Made by a program: the position numbers and the translations under genes. From Spirochaetaceae bacterium (lineage in GTDB: Bacteria > Spirochaetota > Spirochaetia > WTKD01), in contig WTKD01000010.1 in NCBI GenBank assembly GCA_011524535.1, positions 1,233-65,232 of the forward strand: a stretch of 64,000 bases of DNA. The letters run 5' to 3'. The notes under the pieces were generated by a model, which saw only the letters and a program-made list of their open reading frames with translations, did no database searches and had not been told where the DNA came from. Below, one piece after another: positions 41,674 through 52,200 of this stretch. The stretch's first letter is position 1. Every line of letters begins with the position of its first letter.

Positions 41674-41860
41674 AGTTTAATGCACCGACCAGTTGGTATT
41701 GTAACAAGCAAGGCTAACTGCTTCAGTACAGAACCTCCTTATAAGGACAGCAGCCAATCTCCACTATACTTCGCCCCACCAACGCAGTATCTATCTGGCT
41801 CATTTTTACCCTTGGCATTGATCATTATAGCAGATAATCCTGTCGATTAGAGGCTGTTCA

Positions 41861-43285
41861 TCAGGACGATAATGAGGAGTATATCTCAAGCGCTCTCTTT
41901 CTCGAGGTAGCCAGATCAACGATAGGATGTGGGTAATCCTCGCCTAACACAATTCCGGCATTGCGCAACACATCTTGAGGAGCTTCGTATGGGGCATGTA
42001 TGTGCTCGACCGGTAACCGAGTAAGCACGGGCAGATATTTGAGTATATAATCAGCATTGGGGTCGAATTTCTTACTCTGCAATACGGGGTTAAATATACG
42101 GAAATAAGGCGCAGCATCGATTCCAGACCCGGTAACCCATTGCCACCCCGCACTATTATTGGCCAAATCAGCATCAAATAAACAGTCCCAAAACCAACGT
42201 TCCCCATGATGCCAATGCATGCGTAGGTTTTTTACCAAGAACGATCCAACCACCATCCTCACACGATTATGCATATACCCGGTTTGCCATAATTCCCGCA
42301 TTCCTGCGTCTATCAATGGAATACCGGTCTCACCACGCTGCCAGGCCTCGATCTGAGCATCGTTTGATTCCCAAGGAAAATCATCAAACATCGGACGAAT
42401 ATTTTTCTTCGGAAGTTCAGGATTAAAATATAGTTGGTTGTAAGAAAATTCCCGCCAGCCAAGTTCGCGACAAAATCCCTCAATGTGTAGTTTTTCCACT
42501 GTACCGGTAGAAACCGCTTGTGCCGCATGCCAGATTTGGTGTGGGGATATTTCCCCAAAATGTAGATGAGGAGATAATCGGGACACCGAACACTTCCCCG
42601 GCATATCTCGACCCCCGATATAGCTATTCAGTCCTTCGTGCAAAAAAGTTTTTAATCGGTTTTGTGCTCCTAGTTCACCCATTTTCCAGTGCAAAACCAT
42701 TTTTTTGTCCCATCGAATAGTGGGTAATAAGGATAATTCATCTATCGTCTTCGATGCATTATCTTTTTCGAAATGTGCTTTATCCGTCTTGGTCACGGGC
42801 ATTCGAGGAGGCTCGTATTGGAGACATCCCTTATTGTAATAGGGTGTAAAAACGCGATATGGACTACTATCGCTCTTTACAATGTCCCAGGGTTCCCAAA
42901 GCAAACTTCCATTGTAACTGTATACGGGTATGTCTTTTTCACCTAGCATTTTTTTTATGCCGGTATCTCTTGCAATACGCCACGGCTCATAACATCGATT
43001 CCAGCAGACCCCTCGTACATCAAAGCGGGAAATTAGTTCTTCGAAAATAGCGCTGGCATCACCACGATAACAGGAAAGCATTCCTCCCAAGGATTCGCTC
43101 AAACTTGTCAAAGAATGATGGAGCCAAACACGACTGGCGGAGCCCATAGCGTATTCACCGGCATTGATATCATCGAAAATATATATTGGTAACACGCATC
43201 CTAGTTCAGATGCCTGTAGAAAGGCTGGATTATCATTCAGACGAAGATCTTGTCGAAACCAATGAATATACACCGAAGCGCTCAT
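41861..43285 (-). CDS. phrB: Deoxyribodipyrimidine photolyase (cryptochrome/photolyase family)
   Basis: N-terminus IHWFRQDLRLNDNPAF and a C-terminal FAD-binding region (W..GYMHNR.RM...SF, GWQW). Confidence 0.9.
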   Translation of the reverse strand: MSASVYIHWFRQDLRLNDNPAFLQASELGCVLPIYIFDDINAGEYAMGSASRVWLHHSLTSLSESLGGMLSCYRGDASAIFEELISRFDVRGVCWNRCYEPWRIARDTGIKKMLGEKDIPVYSYNGSLLWEPWDIVKSDSSPYRVFTPYYNKGCLQYEPPRMPVTKTDKAHFEKDNASKTIDELSLLPTIRWDKKMVLHWKMGELGAQNRLKTFLHEGLNSYIGGRDMPGKCSVSRLSPHLHFGEISPHQIWHAAQAVSTGTVEKLHIEGFCRELGWREFSYNQLYFNPELPKKNIRPMFDDFPWESNDAQIEAWQRGETGIPLIDAGMRELWQTGYMHNRVRMVVGSFLVKNLRMHWHHGERWFWDCLFDADLANNSAGWQWVTGSGIDAAPYFRIFNPVLQSKKFDPNADYILKYLPVLTRLPVEHIHAPYEAPQDVLRNAGIVLGEDYPHPIVDLATSRKRALEIYSSLSS

Positions 43286-43384
43286 GCAGATAGTATATAG
43301 ATTTTCATCGAAAGCATCCCTTTGACGGTGTTACTGGGTGATAACTACTGTCCTTGAGAATAGTTTCAATAATAGTGGATGTGT

Positions 43385-43558
43385 TCATACGTTCCTCCGT
43401 GAGATTTTCTCTTGTTCTACAATCCATCGGTCTATCTCGCTTTTACGAAATCGCCGTGCACTACCCACTTTGAAGCCCGGCACCTTGCCCTCAAACGCAA
43501 ATAGACAGGACGTCTTTTTAGCAATTTTGAAGTAATCGGCGAGTTCCTTCACGGTCAT
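43385..43558 (-). CDS. Excisionase/MerR-type small HTH DNA-binding protein
   Basis: MTVKELADYFKI.KKT.......GK.PGFKVG...RF.K.EIDRWI is the classic Xis-family HTH pattern. The start was chosen at the ATG at 43558, with 43576 as an alternative. Confidence 0.6.
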   Translation of the reverse strand: MTVKELADYFKIAKKTSCLFAFEGKVPGFKVGSARRFRKSEIDRWIVEQEKISRRNV

Positions 43559-44008
43559 AATGTCATCATTGGGCATAAGTTTACCGTCCTTCTCAGGATA
43601 TATGGATTGAAAATAATAGAAAATGGATGAATAATCAAGTAATTTATCGAGGAAATCACGTGATAAGACATGATCATGCAACAATCAGATTCTTTATTCA
43701 CCATCGGACTTTTCCACCTTTTTTTGGAGGGGCGCAATGCAAGCTTTTTTGATGTGAAGGCGCTGCGCGAAGATTTAGACAAGTTCGATACCGGCACTAC
43801 TGCATACTATTTTTTACAAAAACGCCACTACTGTATTTTTATGTTTGGTACGCAGACCATTTCGTGATACATTACTAGTAAAAGCAATCGAATTACAGAG
43901 TTTTATCGGGATGATCTTGAAGTTAAAAGATATAGCCATGGTTTCATCGAGTGTTACGTTTCGCTCTCGAATTGATGCATCTAAGGGTGGTGCCGTTAGA
44001 GTACTCAA

Positions 44009-44512
44009 ATGAAAGACCTTGGTGACGACAACTTCATGCACCTGAGCAAAAGCATCCACATCGACCACACCAAGCCTAAGCCCAATCAACTTACCAAGCT
44101 AGGGGATATTATTTTCCGCTCTCGTGACCAGACAAATACCGCTGCACTACTGAATGAAAATATGGAGAACACAATTGTGGCAGCTCCATTATTCCGTGTA
44201 CGGTCAGATGTAAAAAAGGTTGTGCCAAAATTTTTGCTTTGGTGGATCAATCAACCATCTTCGCAGTCGTATCTCGCATCCAGATCAAAAGGCACCGTGG
44301 TAAAAATGATCAGTAAGCAAAGTTTGGAAGATTTAAAAGTTAACTTACCATCATTTGAGAAGCAAGCAACCATAGTTAAACTTTTCAATCTCTCAATGCG
44401 AGAGCAACAGCTTTTAGAAGAAATTAAAAACCGTAGAGCGATCTATACCCAAGGAATTTTGATGCAGATAGTATCGCAAAACACAAAAAAGGTAACGGGG
44501 GCACAAAGATGA
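44009..44512 (+). CDS. hsdS: Half-size (single-TRD) type I specificity subunit, possibly split from an upstream 33-codon ORF (43911-44012)
   Basis: One target-recognition domain plus the conserved helix LPSFEKQ..IVKLF......LL. The stop overlaps the hsdM ATG (ATGA at 44509). Confidence 0.7.
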   Translation: MKDLGDDNFMHLSKSIHIDHTKPKPNQLTKLGDIIFRSRDQTNTAALLNENMENTIVAAPLFRVRSDVKKVVPKFLLWWINQPSSQSYLASRSKGTVVKMISKQSLEDLKVNLPSFEKQATIVKLFNLSMREQQLLEEIKNRRAIYTQGILMQIVSQNTKKVTGAQR

Positions 44513-46023
44513 CAAATGAAGCAATTAAACAACAAGACGTAAATAACGCTGCATGGGCTGCTTGCGACACCTTTCGTGGCGTGATGGATGCAGCTAGTTA
44601 TAAGGATTATATCCTGGTGATGCTATTCCTGAAATACATCTCGGATGCATGGAAGGATCATTATGAGGAATATCGCAAGCAGTATGGTGGTGACGATGTG
44701 CGTATTCACCGCAATCTAGGGCGTGAGCGTTTTATTCTGCCGAAAAATGCAAGTTTTTACGACCTCTATGAAAAGCGCAATGAAGCCAATATTGGTGAGC
44801 TGATTAACATCGCATTGGACTCAATTGAGACATCCAATAAAAGCAAGCTGGAAGGCGTATTTCGTAATATTGATTTTAACTCAGAAGCTAATCTGGGCAA
44901 AACCAAGGACCGTAACCGCCGCCTGAAAATGCTGCTGGAAGACTTCCACAAGCCTCAACTTGATATGCGCCCAAGCCGTATTTCTGAAGATGTTATCGGT
45001 AATGTTTATATTTACCTGATCGAACGATTTGCCTCTGATGCAGGTAAAAAAGCTGGGGAGTTCTACACCCCGCACAAAGTCTCTGAACTGGTTGCCAAAT
45101 TGTGTAAGCCAAAGGTTGGCGCTCGCATCTGCGACCCGGCATGCGGTTCGGGTGGTCTATTGATTGAGGCTGCCAAGGCTGTCGGTGACCGCAACTACGC
45201 TATCTACGGAATGGAAGTAAACGGCAGCACATGGGCTTTGTGCCGCATGAATATGTTCCTGCATGGGGCCGACTCAGCTCGAATTGAATGGTGCAATACG
45301 CTGACCTCACCAACATTGGTGGAAAATGATCGCCTGATGAAATTCGACAATATCGTCGCAAACCCGCCATTCTCGCTTGATAAGTGGGGCGCTGACGAAG
45401 CTGAGTCCGATGCATATAAGCGCTTCTGGCGCGGTGTACCGCCAAAATCAAAGGGTGATTATGCCTTTATCAGTCACATGATCGAGGCAGCTGTTGAGAA
45501 AAAAGGTCGTGTTGCCGTTGTTGTACCGCATGGGGTTCTGTTCCGTGGTGCTGCTGAAGGGCGCATCCGCGAAAAGCTGATCGAAGATAATTTGCTGGAT
45601 GCCGTCATTGGCCTGCCGGGTAATCTGTTCCCGACCACATCCATCCCGGTCGCTATTTTAATCTTTGACCGCTCCCGCGAGAAAGGCGGCGCCTTTGAGG
45701 ACCGCAAGGACGTTCTCTTCATTGATGCCAGCCAAGATTACCAACCGGGTAAAAACCAAAATGCCCTGATGGATGAACATATGAAGAAAATCCTGCACGC
45801 CTACGAAGCGCGTGAAGAGATTGAAAAATATGCTCATTTGGCAAGCTACGACGAACTGAAAGAAAATGATTTTAACCTGAATATCCCGCGCTATGTCGAC
45901 ACCTTTGAAGAAGAAGCAGAAATTGACATCGAAGCCGTTCAGCAAGAAATCGATACGCTCGAAGGTGAGTTGGCAGAAGTGCGCGGCAAGATGGCTAAGT
46001 TGCTGAAAGAGGTGAAAGCATGA
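44509..46023 (+). CDS. hsdM: Type I restriction-modification N6-adenine DNA methyltransferase subunit
   Basis: HsdM N-terminal domain, SAM motif DPACGSGG and catalytic NPPF (IVANPPFS). Confidence 0.92.
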   Translation: MTNEAIKQQDVNNAAWAACDTFRGVMDAASYKDYILVMLFLKYISDAWKDHYEEYRKQYGGDDVRIHRNLGRERFILPKNASFYDLYEKRNEANIGELINIALDSIETSNKSKLEGVFRNIDFNSEANLGKTKDRNRRLKMLLEDFHKPQLDMRPSRISEDVIGNVYIYLIERFASDAGKKAGEFYTPHKVSELVAKLCKPKVGARICDPACGSGGLLIEAAKAVGDRNYAIYGMEVNGSTWALCRMNMFLHGADSARIEWCNTLTSPTLVENDRLMKFDNIVANPPFSLDKWGADEAESDAYKRFWRGVPPKSKGDYAFISHMIEAAVEKKGRVAVVVPHGVLFRGAAEGRIREKLIEDNLLDAVIGLPGNLFPTTSIPVAILIFDRSREKGGAFEDRKDVLFIDASQDYQPGKNQNALMDEHMKKILHAYEAREEIEKYAHLASYDELKENDFNLNIPRYVDTFEEEAEIDIEAVQQEIDTLEGELAEVRGKMAKLLKEVKA

Positions 46024-46877
46024 ACCAAGTAACCAATCAACATCGCCAAACTTTTGAGGATATTCGTCAGTACAGAGAAGAAGGCCGTGAATTCTGGTCT
46101 GCCAGAGACCTGCTGCCTGTTTTGGAATATAGCAGCTGGGACAAGTTTGAGGCGGTTATTCGCAAAGCGATACAAGCCTGTGATAACTCGGGCATTCCAT
46201 CGGCAGACCATTTTTCCCAAGTCGGGAAAAAGGTCACCATCGGATCAGGAGCCGAGCGTCATATTTCAGACTATGACTGTCATCTCTCAAGATATGCCTG
46301 TTATCTGATTGTTCAAAATGGTGATCCGACAAAGCCAGTTATTGCGAACGGTCAGACATACTTTGCCTTGCAAACGCGCAGGCAGGAATTGGCAGATGAT
46401 TTAGCTTTCCAGCAACTGGATGAAGACAAAAAGCGTGTCTTCCTTCGTAATGAGCTGAAGGAGCATAACAAGCAGCTTGTTGAAGCCGCCAATCAGGCAG
46501 GCATTGAAAGCGGGTTGGATTTTGCGATCTTCCAAAACCATGGCTATCAAGGTCTTTATGGAGGACTGGATGCCAAGGGTATTCACCAGAAAAAGGGCCT
46601 AAAGAAACGTCAACAAATTCTTGATCATATGGGCAGTACCGAATTGGCAGCAAACCTGTTCCGCGCAACGCAGGCAGAAGAAAAGCTGCGCCGTGAAGGT
46701 ATAAAAGGCAAACAGAAGGCTAACCAAGCCCATTACGAGGTAGGCGCAAAAGTACGCCAAACCATTGAGGATTTGGGGGGCACCATGCCAGAGGAACTTC
46801 CAACACCAAAAACAAGCACCAAATCTCTTGAAAAACAACATAAGAAGCAGATCGGTGCGGGCGGTGGGGATGAATAA
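46020..46877 (+). CDS. dinD: DinD-like (DNA-damage-inducible protein D family) protein
   Basis: WSARDL....YS.W..F..VI.KA..AC.NSG......HF and SRYACYLIVQNGDP.KPVIA.GQTYFA.QTRRQE closely match my recollection of E. coli DinD. Confidence 0.75.
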   Translation: MNQVTNQHRQTFEDIRQYREEGREFWSARDLLPVLEYSSWDKFEAVIRKAIQACDNSGIPSADHFSQVGKKVTIGSGAERHISDYDCHLSRYACYLIVQNGDPTKPVIANGQTYFALQTRRQELADDLAFQQLDEDKKRVFLRNELKEHNKQLVEAANQAGIESGLDFAIFQNHGYQGLYGGLDAKGIHQKKGLKKRQQILDHMGSTELAANLFRATQAEEKLRREGIKGKQKANQAHYEVGAKVRQTIEDLGGTMPEELPTPKTSTKSLEKQHKKQIGAGGGDE

Positions 46878-48027
46878 CCAGAATTTACCAGATGACTGGA
46901 AAGTACTTCCTTTGTCTCAACTCGGTTCATTTTCAAAAGGGAAAGGCATTACCAAGTCTGATTTGCAAAATGAAGAGCTTCCATGCATACGATATGGAGA
47001 AATATATACGCTTCATCATCATTCAGTAAAAAGATTTCATTCGTTTATCAATACTGATGTAGCTAGAAGTAGTAAAAAGTTAAAGTTTAACGATTTGCTT
47101 TTTGCTGGATCTGGAGAAACGCTTGAGGAAATTGGAAAAGCTGTTGGCTATCGGCTAAAGCAAGAAGCTTTTGCGGGTGGAGATATAGTGATTTTGAGTT
47201 TAAAAGATCAATATAGAGCCGATTATATCGCCTACTATTTGAACACTTTGGGCAGAAAACAGATAAATAAACTAGGCACTGGACATTCCGTTGTTCATAT
47301 TTATTCGAGGGCTCTGGAAAAAGTATTTGTAATTTTACCTCCTCTTCATATTCAAGAATCTATTGTGGAGTATATTGAACAATGGGACACAGCCATTGAA
47401 AAAACCGAAGCGCTGATTGATGCCAAAGAGCGCCAATTCGGGTGGTTGAGATCTCAACTTATAAAATCTTGTAGCGGCAAAATCTATAAACTTGAAGAAC
47501 TTGAAGCCTTAAAGATCATAAAGCTCGGGCGTGGTGACGTCATTTCTAAAAAAGACTTTGAAAAGTATCCAGGAAGTTATCCAGTTTATTCATCTTCAGT
47601 GAAAAAGAATGGTGTTTTTGGCAAATACGGCAAATTTATGTTTGAACAAAAACTTATTACATGGTCGATAGATGGAGGTGGTGACTTTTTCTATAGACCG
47701 AAACACAAGTTCTCAGTGACGAACGTATGTGGATATATGACTGTAAATGAAGAGAAACTTGATTATGCATTTTTGACAGCACAACTTCAGTTACTACATG
47801 CACGTTTAGTTTTTGATTATCAGTACAAGGCACATCCAAGTGTGATTAGAAAGATTTATAAGGCAAAGCTTCCATCTCTGGAAGAACAAAAACGCATTGC
47901 CCATATCCTCAACACAGCTCAGCAGGAAATCACACTCCTCAAAAAGCTTTGCCGTAAATATCGCACGCAAAAGCGTGGGTTGATGCAAAAGCTACTTAGT
48001 GGACAACGGAAAATTAATCATGGATAA
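46870..48027 (+). CDS. hsdS: Type I specificity subunit, full length with two TRDs
   Basis: The ATG at 46870 lies 8 nt inside the dinD end. MNNQNLPDDWKVLPL is followed by two TRDs separated by the conserved helices LPPL..Q..IV and LPSLEEQKRIA.IL. Confidence 0.88.
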   Translation: MNNQNLPDDWKVLPLSQLGSFSKGKGITKSDLQNEELPCIRYGEIYTLHHHSVKRFHSFINTDVARSSKKLKFNDLLFAGSGETLEEIGKAVGYRLKQEAFAGGDIVILSLKDQYRADYIAYYLNTLGRKQINKLGTGHSVVHIYSRALEKVFVILPPLHIQESIVEYIEQWDTAIEKTEALIDAKERQFGWLRSQLIKSCSGKIYKLEELEALKIIKLGRGDVISKKDFEKYPGSYPVYSSSVKKNGVFGKYGKFMFEQKLITWSIDGGGDFFYRPKHKFSVTNVCGYMTVNEEKLDYAFLTAQLQLLHARLVFDYQYKAHPSVIRKIYKAKLPSLEEQKRIAHILNTAQQEITLLKKLCRKYRTQKRGLMQKLLSGQRKINHG

Positions 48028-49276
48028 CGGAAAACAAAAAGTAAGATTACTTACTTACAGTGAGCTTCTGGAAAAACTCAGTACTGATTCACCTAGTCAC
48101 TTATTGCTTGGAAATGGTTTCAATAATTCTTTGGGTGTAAAAACCAATTATTCAGAAATTTTTGCACAAATGAAAAGAACCTACTCAGGCTATGAACAAG
48201 TTGAAAGCTATCTTAAGGGTGAATATTTCGATATAGAAAAATTGATTGGTTATTTAAAAGGGCAGATTAACCATGATAATGAAGACTTTTTGCCAAGTTA
48301 CATTGAAAGAAAAGTAAAATTGGACTTTATGAATGCAACAAATGAGATTATTCAAGAAAGTATAAAAAACGTTTATCAAGATAATAATGAAAGTATTCAT
48401 TTACTGCTGAAAAATTTTACGAATTACTTCACACTTAATTATGATCCATTTTTATACCTTCTCCTGATGAAATTTAAAAAAGATGATGAAATTAAAAATG
48501 AGGTGTTAACGATTCAAAACACCTTTCTCTTTCAAGAAGAAGACTTGAATCAGGCTCAAAACAATATTTATAAAAAAATTAAACAGGCTAAAACAAATGG
48601 TAAGCTCACTATTAATGTAAACAACAACAATAAAACTGTAGATTTAAAATCGGTAAAAAAAACACAGTTTGTTTTATCAGTAAAAACCTATTTTCAAGAT
48701 GAAGCATGGAAGGGTAAAGATATAGAAAAAGTCTGTAATCAAATATGGAAAGAAGAAGCTAAGCAGTCAAAGCTAAAAGTTGATGACGGGTTTCGAGGAG
48801 AACAGTTAAAATTATATCAAGAAACTGAAGAACAAAACCTCTATTTTTTACATGGTGCTTTTCATATTGTTAAAAACAAAACCGATATTCAAAAAATTAT
48901 AGCCAAACAGAATAAATCTTTCATACAAAAATTAGAAAAGGCAATACACAGTGAAAGTAAAGATATTGTGTGTATTTTAACGAATAACTCCGAAGAGAAA
49001 AAAGTACAGATAGAGGAAAATAAATATTTAGAAAAATGTTTTGATGCTCTGTCTAAAATTGATGGAGCTTTAGTTATCCTAGGAAGTTCTCTGGCAGAAA
49101 ACGACAACCATATTTTTGAACAAATCAACAAAAGTTTTATAAGCAAGGTTTATATCTCTAGCTGCGAAGAAACTCACACAAAAGATTTGAATCGTGCCAA
49201 GGATGTATTCCCTAAAAAAAAGATAATCTTATTTGATTACAAAACTATTTCTTACAGAGAGGAAAACCAAAAATGA
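48020..49276 (+). CDS. SIR2-like protein, DUF4917-type (paralog 1), embedded in the type I R-M operon
   Basis: The ATG at 48020 lies 8 nt inside the hsdS end, and the stop overlaps the hsdR ATG (ATGA at 49273). Motifs LLLGNGF, NYFTLNYDPFLY, LYFLHGAFHI and GSSLAENDNHIFEQI. Confidence 0.7.
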   Translation: MDNGKQKVRLLTYSELLEKLSTDSPSHLLLGNGFNNSLGVKTNYSEIFAQMKRTYSGYEQVESYLKGEYFDIEKLIGYLKGQINHDNEDFLPSYIERKVKLDFMNATNEIIQESIKNVYQDNNESIHLLLKNFTNYFTLNYDPFLYLLLMKFKKDDEIKNEVLTIQNTFLFQEEDLNQAQNNIYKKIKQAKTNGKLTINVNNNNKTVDLKSVKKTQFVLSVKTYFQDEAWKGKDIEKVCNQIWKEEAKQSKLKVDDGFRGEQLKLYQETEEQNLYFLHGAFHIVKNKTDIQKIIAKQNKSFIQKLEKAIHSESKDIVCILTNNSEEKKVQIEENKYLEKCFDALSKIDGALVILGSSLAENDNHIFEQINKSFISKVYISSCEETHTKDLNRAKDVFPKKKIILFDYKTISYREENQK

Positions 49277-52200
49277 CCACCTTCCACCACACCGAAAAAC
49301 ATCTTTCCAAAATTCCCGCGCTGCAACTGCTGGCTAGTTGTGGCTATCAAATCCTGACCCCTCAAAAAGCCTTAGAAGAACGTAAAAACAAATACAGTAA
49401 TGTGCTATTAGAAAATATCCTTCGTCAGCAATTACAGAAATTCAACCGCATCCACTACAAGGGTAAGGACTATCACTTTTCAGAAGCCAATATTCAGAAA
49501 GCAATCCAGAAGATCAAAAAAGTCAAATATAACGGTCTGCAAAAGACCAATGAAATTATCTATGACCTCATTACCCTTGGCACCGCACTGGAGCAGACGG
49601 TCGAAGGCACCAGCAAAAGTTTTAACCTGAATTATATTGACTGGAAAGCACCATTTAATAACGTGTTTCATGTCGTGCCGGAATTCGCTGTAGGGCGTAA
49701 CCGTAGCGTTAAAAAGATTAGACCAGACATTGTTTTGTTCGTCAACGGCATCCCTTTGGCGGTGATTGAATGTAAATCCCCTACGGTGGAGGTTGAGCAA
49801 GCTGTTTCGCAAAACATCCGCAATCAGGGTGATGAATACATCCCAAAACTGTTTACCTATGTGCAATTGGTGATGGGTGTGAATAAGAACGCGGCTCAAT
49901 ATGCGACCACAGGTACACCTGCCAAATTCTGGGGCGTGTGGAAGGAGTTAGAAGACAAAGAAGACAAGATCACTAAAATCATCAATACGCTATTAGGCGA
50001 TGATAAAAAAAATGCACCATTCTCCGGTGAATTTGCACCTGCGCGTGGGCTCTTTGATGCGTTAGAAAATGAAGGTGAGCGCATGCTTACCGAACAGGAT
50101 AAAGCACTTTACAGCCTTTGTCGTCCGGAACGATTGCTGGAGCTGACCTATCGCTTTACGCTATTTGATGCGGGGATTAAAAAAATTGCGCGTTATCAAC
50201 AGTTCTTTGTGGTTCGCTCTACGGTTGATCGTATTAAGCATCGCGACAGTGAGGGTATCAGAACAGGCGGTGTTATCTGGCACACACAAGGCTCTGGTAA
50301 ATCCATCACCATGGCGATGCTGACACGCGCGCTCACTTTGGACATCGAGGTTGCGAATCCGCGCATCATCCTTGTAACGGACCGAGATGATCTGGATAAA
50401 CAGCTGAATAATACGTTTGCCGCCTGCGGTCTTTCTAAAAAACGTGCCACATCTGGTCGTAACCTTGTGAAACACCTGAAAGAAAAAATTGGCATTATCA
50501 CCACGCTCATTCATAAATTTGACAAAGGCTGGGCGTTCGAAAAATACGTCGATGAATCTCAGGACATTTTTGTACTAGTAGATGAAAGCCACAGGACAAA
50601 CTTTGGTTCGCTCGCAGCCAGAATGCGCCAGATGCTGCCAAACTCCTGCTATCTGGGCTTTACGGGTACACCGCTTCTGAAAAAAGAGAAAAATAGCTTC
50701 TTAAAATTTGGCGGAATGATCGAACCGCATTACTCCATCAAACAAGCGGTAAAAGACAAAGCAGTACTGCCATTGCTCTATGAAGGTCGTCACGTAGAAA
50801 TGGAGCAGAATAGAGCAGCTATCGACTTGTGGTTTGATCGCCATACATCAGATCTAAACAAAGATCAGCAGGCTGACCTGAAAAAGAAATATGCCCGCGC
50901 CGAGAGACTGAATAGATCTGATCAGGTTATTTATATGCGGGCCTTTGATGTCAGTGAGCATTATCGCGCCAACTGGCAAGGCACAGGCTTCAAAGCCCAG
51001 CTTGTGGCCCCCAGCAAAGCAGCAGCGATTAAGTATCATGAACACCTGAAGGATATTGGATTCGTTACATCTGAAGTTATTATTTCACCACCGGATATTC
51101 GTGAAGGCTATGAAAAAGTAGATGAAGGACCAACAGATGAAGTTGGCAAGTTCTGGGATAACATGATGAAGCGCTTTGGTTCCGAAGAGGAATATACCAA
51201 ACAGGTCATCAACCAGTTCAAATATGATAAAAAGCCGGAAATTCTGATCGTTGTTGATAAACTACTGACCGGATTTGATGCTCCAAAAAACACAGTTCTC
51301 TACCTTTGTCGCACGCTGCGCGAGCACGCTCTGTTACAGGCCATTGCGCGTGTGAACCGCTTACACGAAGGCAAAGACTTCGGGTATATCGTTGACTATG
51401 CCAGCGTTCTAGGTGAGCTGGATAAAGCCCTAACAATGTATGATGCGTTCGAAGGTTTTGACGAAGAAGACCTTTTGGATACGCTCGCTTCGGTTCACTC
51501 AGAAGTACAAAGGCTTCCTCAGCGCTATTCTGACTTATGGGATATCTTCCGAAAAGTAAAAAATAAGCATAATGAAGAGGCGTTCGAGGTTCTTCTGGCG
51601 GATGATGAGTTGCGTGATGACTTCTACGAAAGACTGGCTGAGTATAGTAAAACCCTCGGGATTGCGCTTTCAACTGACAAATTCATCAGAAAAACGGATG
51701 AAGCCAAGCTACAAACTTATAAGGGTGATCTGAAAAGATTCCAGAACCTGAAAAAATCAGTAAAGCTACGTTATGCAGAGGCCATCGACTACCGTGATTA
51801 CGAGCCTAAGATTAAAAAAATGCTCAATACGCATATTCAGGCCAATGAAGTCATTCAGCTCAATCCGCCTGTCGATATTTTTGACGATCAAAGTTTTGAT
51901 ACGGTCAAAAAAGGGCAAGGTATTCACCTTGGTACATCAACAGCTGCCAGAGCTGACACCATCGCCCATGCGACGAAAAAGGGCATCTTTAAGAAAATGA
52001 ATGAAGACCCTGCGTTTTATAAGAAGTTTTCAAAACTGATCCAGCAAGCCATTGATGACTTTAAAGCACGTCGCATCTCTGATCTCGATTATCTTAACAA
52101 GGTTAGTGATATTCGTGACTCAGTGGTTTTGAAAAAGCATGATAATGTCCCTGAAAGCATCCGCAACAATGATGAAGCATGCGCCTACTATGGGATGATG

